A stretch of DNA of 64,000 nt from Octopus vulgaris. Lineage: Eukaryota. Numbering within the stretch: the stretch's first letter is position 1; the number at the start of each line of letters is the position of its first letter. This document shows positions 13,385 through 28,902 of this stretch, piece by piece. Under the pieces are notes generated by a model. That model was not told the origin of the DNA. It saw nothing but the letters and a program-made list of their open reading frames with translations, and did not search any database. The position numbers were made by a program, and so were the translations under genes. Where the stretch lies: contig OX597816.1 of NCBI GenBank assembly GCA_951406725.2, positions 107,694,001 through 107,758,000 on the forward strand. Direction: 5' to 3'.

Positions 13385-13996
13385 ATACTATCATAATGAT
13401 CACTGCCTCAATATTTCTCTTTATAGTGGAATAGTAGTTACAGTGACCAGCGCATACATATAAGACGAAAGACCTCGGTATTTAATACCAAATACAATGC
13501 CGAGAATAGCGCATTTAGCACTTTAATGTGTGCATATTAAATAGTAGTCAGATTACCGTTCTAGTTTCAATAGAGGATCTCAGATCAGTTGACTAGCTAT
13601 TCAAGAGCAAATCAGAAATAACTAAACAAATATTTGGAATAGTTGTATAAAACCTCACACTTAACGGTAGTAGTGAGAAATGCTTGTTCCTGATTATCTC
13701 CAGTGAAGTTGATGAGGGAGGTTTGCTTCTAAGAGTGTAACTGTTGGTCATGTTGTTATTCGAGTGGGTGCTTTTGTTTTTGTGATATTTTGTGAATTTG
13801 TGATTGTGAATGTGCTAGTAAGAGTTGTATTGTTTTCTGTTGAGTTGACAGTATAGATATTGATGTTGATGTTGTTGGACATTACATTGAATTTGTGTCT
13901 GGTTTTCTATTACATCGTCGTGTCTCATCGCTTTTGATTTGAGGCGACTTCCATTTGTTCGGGTCTGATTTTATCTATTCTACTTAACAAAAGCGT

Positions 13997-14462
13997 GACT
14001 CACATTGCTAGTGCTTATGAAAGTCTTGTGCAGAAAGAGTACAAGCGCAGACACGACAACGTAGCCCCAAACCTTCATTAGCTAAATATGGTCACAAGGT
14101 AACGGGTGCTTGGTACCAACATACAACAGAGAAATTCATGGACAAAAAGGGGAAGGCAAAAATCCTCTCGGACTTTGACTTACAGAGAGATAAGGTCTTA
14201 GAGCACCAAGACTGGATGTAGTAACCTTTAGGAGGGACAAAAAAGAGTGCCTAATAATCGACGTGGCAGTGCCAGGAGATCAACATATTATCATCAAAGA
14301 AGTAATTGATAAATATGGAGACTTGAGAATTGAGATCGCTAAGATTTTGCAGCTACGAGAGTCAAATATAAAAGTTGTCCCTATTGTGTTTGGAGCAATG
14401 GGTTCAATACCACTCACCTCGAAAGAAAAACTTCTGGAAACTTTAGAACTATTCTATAATAA
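13997..14462 (+). mobile_element. Old RLE-clade LINE 3' fragment
   Basis: HIASAYESLVQKEYKRRHDNVA...ECLIIDVAVPGD...KYGDLRIEIAK...VVPIVFGAMG: RHD and restriction-like endonuclease motifs, degraded. Confidence 0.8.
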
Positions 14463-14477
14463 TTTAATAATAATAAT

Positions 14478-14527
<50 letters not shown>

Positions 14528-14591
14528 CAACAACAACAATAATAATAATAATAATAATAATAATGATAATAATAATAATAATAACAACAAC

Positions 14592-14623
<32 letters not shown>

Positions 14624-14645
14624 TAATAACAATAATAATAATAAC
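14463..14645. repeat. (AAT/AAC)n microsatellite
   Basis: Tandem array separating two LINE copies; encodes the poly-I/T of ORF 14263-15261. Confidence 0.95.
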
Positions 14646-17137
<2,492 letters not shown>

Positions 17138-17150
17138 TATTATTATTGGT

Positions 17151-17360
17151 AAAGCAGCGAGCTAGCAGAACCCTTAGCATGCCGAACTGAAGTACGCAGT
17201 ATTTCCTCCGTCATTATTTTCTGAGTTTGAATTCCGTTGAGTTTGCATTTCGTATCTTTCGGAGTCGCTACCAATAAGTAACATTTAAACACTGAGGACG
17301 GTGTAATTGAGTATTCCTCTCTCAATTAATTTCAGGCATTGTGTATATAATAGAAAGGAT
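17151..17360 (+). mobile_element. SINE family 1, diverged copy
   Basis: Similar to 19031-19262; ends in a (TTA)n tail. Confidence 0.7.
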
Positions 17361-17370
17361 TATTATTATT

Positions 17371-17907
17371 GAGTGAGAGAGCAGCGCATGCCATCAAAGT
17401 GACACTGGGGTAAAATATACGAAGCCCAGTATATCCATCATGACTACACGTCTGATAAGAGTACACTAGGCACATGCATCACAACCATATGTGCGCGATA
17501 TGGTGATCTCATATCAAGATGAACAGCACATGACCTTGCAGGTGGGACCCAGTTAGAATTTTCTTCTGGTCGAGTAGCCCATCCTGCTCAAAAGGTCACT
17601 GAGTAAGGGTTGTTTAAGGATGATGAACGAAACACCCATGTTTCCAAAGGTGAATTATTCAAAGCTCAAACAATTCCTCTCAATACCTAGCTAGGATGTT
17701 CCCACACTACTTCTGCTCGTGATTAGAGACGCACATATCGTCAACCACTAAGGGACACGGTCAACTGGTTACGGTCAAGCAACTGACAAGCAAATTTGAG
17801 GTATTGAGCAGAATATTTACTGTAGCCCATCTTTTATACCAAGACAAAACAATGTACCTGATAACACTCCCAATCAGTTAAGGTCAGAAGCCATGAGACA
17901 GATTGCC

Positions 17908-17908
<1 letters not shown>
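17371..17908 (-). mobile_element. ~555-bp non-coding retroposon, copy 1 (slightly 5'-truncated)
   Basis: Reverse complement of 19534-20085; TTA repeats on both sides. Confidence 0.88.
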
Positions 17909-18002
<94 letters not shown>

Positions 18003-18045
18003 ATAGTAGTAGTAGTAGTTGTTGTTGTTATTGTAGTAGTATTTC
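17909..18045. repeat. Compound (TTA)n(TAG)n(TTG)n microsatellite
   Basis: Direct observation. Confidence 0.92.
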
Positions 18046-18236
18046 TAATATTGGCACGGGACCTAGAAATTTGGGAGAGCAAGTAATCGATTATATAGAC
18101 GTCGGTGCTCGAACGCCATTTATCGACTCGGAAAGGATGTAAGGAGAAGCCCACAGCAGAAGAATTTGAATTCAGGACGTAAAGAGCCGACGATATGTCG
18201 CCGAACATTTTGCCCGATACGCCAACGATTCTTCCA
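18046..18236 (-). mobile_element. SINE family 1, diverged copy
   Basis: Reverse complement contains CATCCTTTCCGAGTCGATAAA core and a B-box-like GAATTCAAAT. Confidence 0.7.
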
Positions 18237-19030
18237 ATAATAATACACATGAAGAAATACAAACAAAAAACGAACAAAAACTGATGTGAACAGAAATACC
18301 TTCAATTCATTATAAACTATATTTAATGGTATGTTTAATGATCGAACAATCTAAATTTTGTTCAACCATATTAAGTCCCGGAAAAAAGAAATACATATAA
18401 AAATATACGAAAAATAAACACGAACCAACCATCAAAAACAAAAATCGGAAACCTATTACTACGGAAACATTGATATTACAACGGAAATAAAATTATGATA
18501 AAAAACAAAATACCTGAAAAATCAATAGAATCTCCAAACACAGAAATCAAAGAATCGATGGAAAATACATAGAAAGAAAAAAAAACCAAAGGTTCAGAAT
18601 ATTTAGTCACGCAATGTATTTTTCTCTTACAATGTTTATTTTCGAACCTGTGAGCACCAATAAAGTTTGGTCTAGCCAGGTTTTAAGACATAGGAATCAA
18701 CCGATCTTTTTTTATTGTTTTGTTCATTTATAAAAAAAAACAAAAAAAACATGAAATCGAGTGAAAGAAATTAATTGTTTCGTGGATTTGTGCGTGTGTA
18801 TTTCTTTGCACATAGAACCATATATTCAGAATTAAAGTTTTAGTTTATGTTGCACTGCGTTTACTCCCTGGCGCACGTTTTCAGATCTTTGTCTACACTC
18901 GACGATTCCCACCACCTCAACACACAAGCACATACACACATACATAAGCAGAAACAAACACACACACACATATACACACACAGGTACATATACGTATGTA
19001 TGTGTGTATATATATATATAGATAAATCAT

Positions 19031-19262
19031 AAGGCGGCGAGCTGGCAGAAACCGTAGCACGCCGGGCGAAATGCGTAGCCGTATTTCGTCTGCCGTTACG
19101 GTCTGAGTTCAATTTCTGTCGAGGTCGACTTTGCCTTTCATCCTTTCGGGGTCGATAAATTAAGTAGTAGTTACGCACTGGGATCGATGTAATCAACTTA
19201 ATTCGTTTGTCTGTCCTTGTGTGTCCCCTTTGTGTTTAGCCCTTTGTTGGTAGTAAAGAAAT
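19031..19262 (+). mobile_element. SINE family 1 (tRNA-type head, central CTTTCATCCTTTCGGGGTCGATAAA domain)
   Basis: A-box-like AGCTGGCAGAA, B-box-like GAGTTCAATT; at least eight related copies in the window. Core resembles the Nin-type SINE domain (from memory, unverified). Confidence 0.85.
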
Positions 19263-19533
19263 ATATATAAATAAATCATTTATGCCCAATTACGTAGAGT
19301 AAGATATGGATACATATATGCAGATATATGCACTTTAAATTATTTCAATCATTCGCACGTCATATAGTGACGTGCTAATTGACATGGTAGAGGTCACAGG
19401 TGGGGTGTGGTTTGAACAATTTATATCACTGTTTGTTGCTCAAAACAGAAAAATTGTACAGCGACTGGATACCGCGTCATGCATACCTTGGAAAAGTACT
19501 GGGTATTATGTCGGTTTTCTTGTGTTCGTGAAA

Positions 19534-20085
19534 CCTGATGCAGTACCAGGCAATGGCTCTCATGGCTTCTGATCTTAACTGATTGGAAGTGTTATCATGT
19601 ACATTGTTTTGTCTTGGTATAAAAGATGGGCTACAGCAAATATTCTGCTCAATACCACAGATTTGCTTGTCAGTTGTTTGACCTTAACCAGTTGAGCATG
19701 TCCCTTAGTGGCTGACGATATGTGCATCTCTGATCACGAGCAGAAGTAGTGGGGGAGCATCATAGCCATGTGTTGAAAGGGATTCTTTGGGGTTTGAATA
19801 ATTCACCTCTGGAAACATGGGTGGTTCTTTCAACATCCTTAAACAACCCTTATTCAGGGACCGTTTGAGCGGGATGGGCTACTCAACCTGAAGAAAATTC
19901 TAACTGGGCCCCACCTGCAAGGTCATGTGCTGTTTATCTTGATATGAGATCACCATGTCGCGCACATATGGTTGTGATGCATGTGCCTGGTGTGCCTTTA
20001 TCAGACGGGTAGTCATGATGGGTATATTGGGCTTCGTATATTTTACCCCAGTGTCACTTTGATGGCATGAACTGCTCTCTCATTC

Positions 20086-20124
<39 letters not shown>
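19534..20124 (+). mobile_element. ~555-bp non-coding retroposon, copy 2, with (AAT)n tail
   Basis: CCTGATGCAGTACCAGGC...CTGCTCTCTCATTC-(AAT)n; closely similar to 17371-17908 and 47468-48470. Confidence 0.9.
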
Positions 20125-20126
<2 letters not shown>

Positions 20127-20704
20127 AATTATTGTGTATAGTGCTCAGGTGAACTGTTAAGTTCCTTTATGTTGTCTCTTCCCATGTATGTTAAATAGTT
20201 TGGCACACATTTTCTGGCCATACACTTAATGAAGACGAATAAACTTATAGTAGAACCTACTTCAGTGCTAGGCCTTAGTCTGAGTTCAGTCTATGTCTGC
20301 CACTAAACCTTATATTTAAGGGGATCTGTGCACCACGTCTTGGAAATACCAGTACATGCAGTGAACACAGATTACAGTACCTGTACCATATTACTGGGAA
20401 GAGTGCCAGGGATACAACAATGAATTGTTTTGAATGTTTTGATTGTGAGCCATACGTTTATTGTCTGCCAATGTCTCGACTCTGATATGGACTTGACCTC
20501 AGCCTCATTGTTCATTACTTTATTTTCTGATATTTACCGTACCACTTTCATAATTTTTTTATCGTTATTGTTTTGTTTTTTTATATTGTTAACATTCTTC
20601 ATTACTGCCACTATTTGTAAAAAGAAAGCTTTTCTGGTTGTGTTTCTACTTCATGAGTTTGCAGTGAACCAAAACTTCATCTACACGGCTCATTATTATT
20701 ATTA

Positions 20705-20739
<35 letters not shown>

Positions 20740-20969
20740 GCACTGATATTTATCGAACATCATTTATCAGTTTTGCAATATTTTTATTTTCTTATTTTAA
20801 TATTCTTTACTATTGCCACTTTATTTGTAAAAAGAAAACTCATCAAACCCTGCCAGCATATAACCAAAATTTTAAGATACAATAACCATATTTAGTAACT
20901 TTTGACTCCAAAATCTTTCAAATCTTTATTTACTTTAAAATCCTAAAAAGTCATGATTGCTCTCGTCCT

Positions 20970-21270
20970 CATTCAGTTCCTGGCTGTCATTTTCTCCAAG
21001 TTCCTGGAATTCATCAGCTTCCTCGCATTTCTCGGAGTCGTTGTTGTTTTTAGAATCAGATGTTTCGTTATCGTTACATAAAAAAAAACACCTTCAGTGA
21101 CATCTAGAGTGTTACTGGTACCACATTTTTTGAGACCTTTTATAATTGTTTCTGTTTTTACTGCTTTCCACGAATTTTTCGCCCAATGTGCTGTCTGGGA
21201 AAATGTGGGCCTCTTCATATGGCCTATTGGTGTCAGTTCATTTTGTTCACTTTACTGAGTGATATTTTCT
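20970..21270 (-). pseudogene. pogo/Tigger-type DDE transposase C-terminal fragment
   Basis: ELTPIGHMKRPTFSQTAHWAKNSWKAVKTETIIKGLKKCGTSNTLDVTE resembles the pogo/POGK tail (TPxG..KRP...W...AW...FKKCGISN.LDG.ED). Confidence 0.78.
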
Positions 21271-22289
21271 CCACTATATGTTACTTATTTTTACTGTAAT
21301 TCTGATTGAACAGATAGGAAATAGCAATATGCTACCCCGAATGGTTCGTATTCAAACTGGTGATGTCGTTGGTTTTGGTTGGCTGCTTACTGCAACTGAA
21401 CATATGCTTTGTCGGTATCAGACTCGGTCGGTACTACTAAAACAAAATAATATTCGCGAGGTGGTTATAACGGAGACACAATTGTTCCATTGTTTGTTTA
21501 AGTGTTAGATAGAACTGAAGTGTTTTGTGCTTCGTTGAAGATTTGTTTTATTTATACGATACTGTTATTTGTTGATACAGGAAATACAACAATGGTTACT
21601 GGTTGGAATTCTGTAAACACCTATGATAACATGTGGTTTGCTTCACGACAGCCAGTAGTTCAACGAATTATTACAGTCATTTATGGAACATTCCATGTTT
21701 AATCTATTATGGCATTCTGGTAGTTTCAAAAATTATCATACGGGAAAATGTCTGGTTTCTAGTAGAGTCGTGAGAAATAGTAGGCGTGTTCAAAATCCGC
21801 GCCAATGATGCATGTTAGTTTCCAGGCCCCTCAAGTGGCAGCGCCACTTCTATTGTTATGGTTTGGTAATTAAAGATGGTAAGTGTATGTTACGGTTGGC
21901 AAATTTTGATTACAGTACTATGAGCCCATTTTACTCATAAGTATTGCCCACCCCCGTGTTAATTGTGAATAAAGCCACAATGTTGAGGGAAGTAGAAAAG
22001 GTAAAATGTGTAGAAAATAAACATAATTATTGGTAAGTGTGCTGAGCAGTGTCTGTCCAGACGTATTCAACAAAGCGCCACGGAGAACCAGTATTGATAA
22101 TTTTGAGGTGTGGGGATATGGAATGAGTACATGTTGCATGTACAAGGTCTGTACACATCGTGCACGGCGTAATATACCATTATGTTCATTTGGAAGTTAT
22201 TTGAGTTGTTTGTATTGTTAAACTAGGTCTAGAGCTGGGCCTTCATCATGCAGGACACACAGTGATTAAAAAAAAAGTATGTCTGTCTG

Positions 22290-22315
22290 TTTCTCTCTCT
22301 CTATCTCTCTGTCTG

Positions 22316-22403
<88 letters not shown>

Positions 22404-22425
22404 ACTATCTAACTAACTATCTACA
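22290..22425. repeat. (TC)n(TCTA)n microsatellite
   Basis: Direct observation. Confidence 0.95.
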
Positions 22426-22572
22426 GGTATGTATGCGCGTAGTGCGCGTGCGTACGTGTGTGTGTGAGAGAAGGAGAGATTATCCATAATTATATAAATA
22501 CATTTGAGTGCGGAAAGACACACACGCACTCATGCAAACACACATACATGCACGTACACACACGCACACATG

Positions 22573-22603
<31 letters not shown>

Positions 22604-24889
22604 CTAGACACATGGAAGAAAACAAATCAGCTGAGGATGACAGTGATGATGAAGATGGTGAAACATTTACAAATCGCAATTACAGTTCTTTCCCTTAATA
22701 TAAGTGTAGATTTCTGGTTGTCTACAGTTGCTAAAATTGATAAGAGTATATTACTTTGGATATAGAAAATAATAATCCAATTCTATGAGACAAAGTTTTT
22801 ATCTTCTTTTTCGGAGTTGATATTTTCCAACAGTCGCTAACAGATTATTATCAAGCTGGAGATTAGAAGAATGTTCATTATTCTGTCAATGAAGTAAGCG
22901 TAAATCATGTTAGTATATGTCCATGGTGCATTGAAGATTACTTTTACCTGCTTTTTAAAAAGAATTTTATTACAAAACCAAGCCGTTTACTACTTGGAGT
23001 CTAACGAAGTGCACTATTCGTTTTGAGATTATAATGGCAACGAAATATAATAAATCTACATGTGGTGAGCAGCTGGTAATATTCTTTTAAAATATAATTT
23101 TCTTTTCATTACAAATCATTACAACATTCTCATTACACCTAACAGTCTTTTATTTTTATTTGTTTCAGTTATTGAATTGCAATCATGCTGGGGCACAGCC
23201 TTGAAGGTTGTAATCGGTTTAATTGAACTCAGTACATTATTTTAAAGTTTGATAATTATTGTATCCGTCTCGTTTGGTGAACCGATAAATTATGGAGGAA
23301 TATAAACAAGCAATACCGTCCGTCAAACGAAGATTTTCTCTTGTAAGTCTGATGCCACATGAGGTTTGGCTTTGTAGATGTTCAAAGCAAATTTGTGATG
23401 AATAAAGGTAAGAAGTATTAGAGGAATTTAAATTACTTAGGTTTTATATTGTGTATGGCAAAGAATCATATCCAAGTAAACAAAACATTTGGAAGTTCTT
23501 CAAATCGTTTACCTGAAATAAATGTTTAGCAAAATGCATAGAAATATTTGGGTTACGAAATAAAATAGTGTCTTATTCCAACAGTGTATTGAGATCTTCA
23601 AGTTTTTCCCAGCAGTGAGTACGTAGGACCTGTGACCAAAAAAAACAAAAAAAAACTGATGATCTCCGTTAGAGTTGGCAAGTAGAACTACAAGCACGGT
23701 GTGACATTTCATATTTTGCGTGAAGCTGAAACCTGCTATATTGGTGTTGTTGATTGGTTTGAAAGAGAAAATAGACATACATGCATGCATACATACATAC
23801 ATACATACATACATATAGAGTATTTCCAGGTGGACCACTCCTATCAAAATATGTGTCAAGTGTAAGCATAACACGCTGAATATTGTTATTTGGGACAGAA
23901 TAGTAAATGTATGTTCTTCATAGAGGTCAGCTCTTCCTACTGACGTGAATAATATACCTTAACATCAAATAGAAAAAAAGGTAATAATGGACAACTGCTT
24001 CTTAAACTCCTGCTTTTATACACACATTATAAATTCGCATTTATAGTCATAATATATGGTGTACTTGGCTTTGTAAGTAAATACCTAATTGACAATCTGG
24101 ATTAGCTAGGATTTTCAGAAAAAGAAATCAACCAACTGACTCTCACATTAAAACACATTCTGTTAGTAGAACAGTAAAAATGTGCAAGAATTTTCTCAAG
24201 TTTAAAACGTGACATTGTTTCTATTATCTACATTCCAATGATAGAATTTTGTATCTTGGTTACAAAACCGCTCCTTCTCCAGAGGATGAATTAGAATAAT
24301 TAAAAACAGAAGGGAACATACATAAATACTTACATACACACGTGTATGTACGAGTGTGTGGGTATATCTATCTATATTATATATGTACATACACACAAAC
24401 ACATTTAGAACAATTTTGAGTTTCTCATTACGAATTCGTCGTTGAGTTTAGATTATGTACCGACTTCATCTACCTTATCAATTATATATATAGAATTGCT
24501 ATATATTATCAACACTAGAATACAAACTACATGTTAGAGTTTACAAAATATTGCCTATATATTCGGATTTGTTTTTGCTATTGAATAATTAGATTTTCTT
24601 CAGTTTGTACCACAAACGAGGTGAGTGATATATAGTATCTTTTGTATGTATATAGATATGTTACAAAAATATATGCATGATATACACAAACATATACACA
24701 TACATTACATACACACACACACACACATATATACATATATATATATATACATGTGTGTATATATATATAAATATATATATTATATGCATGCGCACACTTG
24801 CACACAAATATACATACATTCATATATATGTATGTATATATATATATATATATGTGTGTGTGTTAAATAAAATGAGTGTCATTTTCAGG

Positions 24890-24924
<35 letters not shown>

Positions 24925-24925
24925 A

Positions 24926-25125
24926 TTAATCCAAACATGAACAAAGAGAAAACACAACAACTCGAGGACGTAGAACAAATATAGTGTTATTGGACGCTCA
25001 GGAAAGGAAAGAAAGAAGGGGGATTTAACGTCTCGAGGGATCTCTTCGTCAGAAACATAGAAAAAGGAAACAATCAAGGAAGGGAAGACGGAGAAAGAAA
25101 ATCGCCAACGATACACACGTGGTCA
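24926..25125 (-). mobile_element. Short hammerhead-bearing pLTR/retrozyme-like element
   Basis: Minus strand gttt-CTGACGA-a-gag-atcc-ctc-GAGA-CG-TT-aaat at 25024-25056; flanks similar to 35393-35500; bounded by (TA)n and (CA)n. Confidence 0.65.
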
Positions 25126-25155
25126 TACATCCACACACACACACACACACGCACG

Positions 25156-25190
<35 letters not shown>

Positions 25191-26455
25191 TCATACACGC
25201 ACATATATTACAAATGTATGATATAGTGATTTTAGTAAGCAATGTTCTTATGTTAATTGATAAATTATTTATGTAGAAAATACTCCTGTGACTCAGTGAC
25301 ACAGTTGAATTTATTTTAGAATATTTCATGCATGGAAACTTTAAAATGAAGTACACAAGTGGTAAGAAATAAACGATCATTTCTGTTTGGCTGCCACTTT
25401 TCAATTTCTTCAAATTTTGTTCCAAGAGATTTCATATTTGGCATATTGCTATAGTTTTGTAAAGTAACCAGTGACATAAAATTCAGTTTCGCCATAGATC
25501 ATTAAATAAAGAGTTAACTCTTAAAGTTTGCAAATTTTGGGTAATGTTAGCCAATCGAAAATCAAAGACATGTAGGCACTTGTTTCCATCGTAACAAGGC
25601 AAGCTATTATCCAAGCTCTTTACTATGCGTTCTTTTTGTTGCTTTTTAAATGCGTAAAACACATGTAGTATGAGTTGTTAAAAAATTAACAGCTAAATTC
25701 TCCTTAAATCACGCATGACTTTTCATTTTCTGTTTTTACATAATCGTATAAATTCCCGTGTGTAGAATATAAATTCGCAAAAATTCTCTAAAAATTCCCC
25801 AAAATAAAAAAAAAGTTATCAGCGGTTATGTGGCGTACGTAAAGCAGAATTTCGCCAATATTTCCTTTGTTTATAGTTGACATGTGCTGTGCCGCACAAA
25901 ATGACAGCTTTCAAATCTTGTTTTCTGACTGAATAAAAACGATCAAACTTTAAACCTGTAAATTTCTGTAAATTTTCTTCTGGAGTAAGTGACTTATCTC
26001 CTGAGATTTGGCGTAGAAGATTACATTAAGACATTGAATTTTTAATCTTTCACTAAACTGTAAAATTTCCACTGGTGCAGAAAAACAGAAAAGATCCTAC
26101 ATACATTTTTTATTATTGTCAAATTTTCTGCATGAGCGGGAAGTAACTGTCGATATTTATGACTTATTCTGATTTCCTCAATAAAACAGAATGGCACCTC
26201 CCTCCCTCAGTGTTCTCGCAGTAGTAGTTATCAATAGTTCACTTATTAAATAAATAAAAAAAACTATAGGTATGTTAGCGGTAACAGTTAGATGATGGAA
26301 AACATAAAATCTTGTATATTTATTTTGCTATCCATTTATCAAGTTTTCCAACGAGTACAGCGAATGTTAAATTTTCGCTATGCTTTCACAACACTAAAAT
26401 ATACCCTAATGAGTTTCCCAACTACATAACATAAAAATCATTACATGAAGAACAG

Positions 26456-26665
26456 AAGGCGGTGAACTGGGAAAATCGTTATCACGCCAGGCAAACTCCT
26501 TACCGATATTTGGCCAGTCTTTATGTTCTGAGTCCAAATTCTGCCGAGGTCGACTTTATCTTTAGTCTTTTCGGGGTCAATAAATTAAGTACGAGTTGAG
26601 TACTGGGGTCGATGCAATCAACTTTTCCCCGAAAATTTTGCCTTGTGCCAAAATTTAATATCAAT
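26456..26665 (+). mobile_element. SINE family 1 copy
   Basis: AAGGCGGTGAACTGG...GAGGTCGACTTT...TTTCGGGGTCAATAAATTAAGTAC. Confidence 0.82.
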
Positions 26666-26740
26666 ATATTAAGAATGGACTAAGATCGTTTCTAACTCAC
26701 CTCGTATAAATTTCTATTTGGAAGTTTAATGATATCTGTA

Positions 26741-26806
<66 letters not shown>

Positions 26807-27573
26807 AGCACTAACCTTACTTTTAATGCAGATAGTGTCTCGCAATGATTTCATCTATACATTTTCTAGTGCTTTCCTTTATCAATCTCAAATACCTGGT
26901 ATTTTCTATTAGATAGTGACACATTTTTATCACTTTTATAAAGATGGAGATTAAAAGAATGGAAAGTAATCTTGAGGTTTATTATTTTGTCAATGAAGAG
27001 AATTAAGCATATTAACATGTATCAATGCTGCATTGCACATTACTTTCTATTTTCTGTGATAAATTTTATCATTAACCCCATCCTACTCAAATGCATTTTT
27101 TCTTGGATTTCAACAAATAATAATTTCCATTTCAATAATATTCTTACAGCCAAAGATCAGTCCTCTGTATGATGTGAATGGTTGATTTTTTTAATATTCC
27201 TTTATATTGGCATACAATTACATAAATGTAATCTTCTTCCACTCTTTTGGGCGTAGTCAAAATCTCATCCATTTAACTTTCGAGTGGCATACATTTTACG
27301 AACGAAACAGCCCACACCACACATAAAATATATCTTATGCTTTCTATTTCTACATATAGATAGATAGAACTGATGATGGGCCCTCTTCGTGATTGACTGA
27401 TGTACTAGAATTAATAGCGGAATTTATTTTAACGGCATTCTGTAGTTTTCAAAAATGATTGATACATTGGATAATGCAAGTTTATTATATGTTTTCTTTA
27501 TGGCTTGAGTATCTTCAAACATCTCTTCTTATATTTAATCTGAGCTAAACACAAGGGATAAGTGCAACAACAA

Positions 27574-27609
<36 letters not shown>

Positions 27610-27859
27610 GTTGGGTTTACTGGAAATAGCACTCCAATATATACGACGTTATAGTAAAGCTTCACTGTATATCTACTAGCAAAGATGTTTGCGGGCGGGG
27701 AACATAAAAAATTTCATCTTACTTGTAGGAAGAACATTAGATAGATGTACAAACCAGAGGTGGATAGCTTTCGAACTCTCCAAAATACGATTGTTAACGT
27801 AAATTTGATTAGTTCACTTCAGCTAGATTTACCGAGACGAAATTTTGAATGTTGCTACG

Positions 27860-28150
27860 TCAGTGCCAGTATAATCTTCTACTATAGCTTCGGGCTTACC
27901 AAAGGCTTATAAGTGGATTTGGTATACGTGTGTAACTCTCTGTGTGTGTCTGTGTTTGTCCCACTGCATCGCTTGACAACTGATGTTGGTGTGTTTACGT
28001 CCCTGTAACTTAGCGGTTCGGCAACAGAAATCGATAGAATAAGTACTAGGCTTCCAAAGAATAAGTCCTGGGGTCGATTTGTTCGACTAAAGGTGGTGCT
28101 CCAGCATGGCCGCAGTCAAATGACTAAAACAAAGAAAAAGAAAAAAGAAA
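27860..28150 (+). mobile_element. SINE family 2, 3' part
   Basis: TTTACGTCCCTGTAACTTAGCGGTTCGGCAA...GGGGTCGATTTGTTCGACTAAAGG...CATGGCCGCAG, shared with 28690-29102. Confidence 0.8.
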
Positions 28151-28480
28151 AAGATATATATGTATGTATATACATTTATTGATGTCTGCCTTGGACGAGT
28201 CATCATTGTACAAACAATACTTTATACTTATCCTCATAGGCTATAGATGGAGAAAGAATAATTTCATGGAGTGTTGTTCTCTTCTCAAATATTTTCTCGG
28301 GTCAGATAGTAAGATAGATAGATAGATAGAAAACAGAGATTGAGATAGAGTGTGAGAGACAAACAGGCAGACAGAGAGGGAGAGAGAAAAAGGGAGTTAT
28401 AGGGATGTATATGTATATGTATATATATGTATAGTTTCACCAGCGATAATAATTAATTTTATTTTATCGCAATTTGACTT

Positions 28481-28559
<79 letters not shown>

Positions 28560-28689
28560 AAGAGAGGGAGACAGATAAATAATAGTACTTGATAGTCTAC
28601 AGAGAAATATATGAATGTTGACTGAAAAATTAGAAATGATAGAAGTATCTCTGTTTCTTTATATACAGATAAGCACAATTGAGAAGCTT

Positions 28690-28805
28690 ATGTTAAGAAG
28701 CTTGCTTCCCAATCACGTGATTCCGGGTTCAGTCCCACTGCGTGGCATCTTGGGCAAATGTCTTGCACTATAGCCGCGGGCCGACCAAAGCCTTGTGAGC
28801 CCGTC

Positions 28806-28902
<97 letters not shown>

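Noticed and set aside
19031-19120. tRNA gene
   Set aside because: A/B-box-like motifs belong to a SINE head; no cloverleaf can be formed.
19534-19585. HDV-like ribozyme at the 5' end of the 555-bp element
   Set aside because: Only partial pairings (CCTG/CAGG, CAGT/ACTG); the nested double pseudoknot could not be built by eye.
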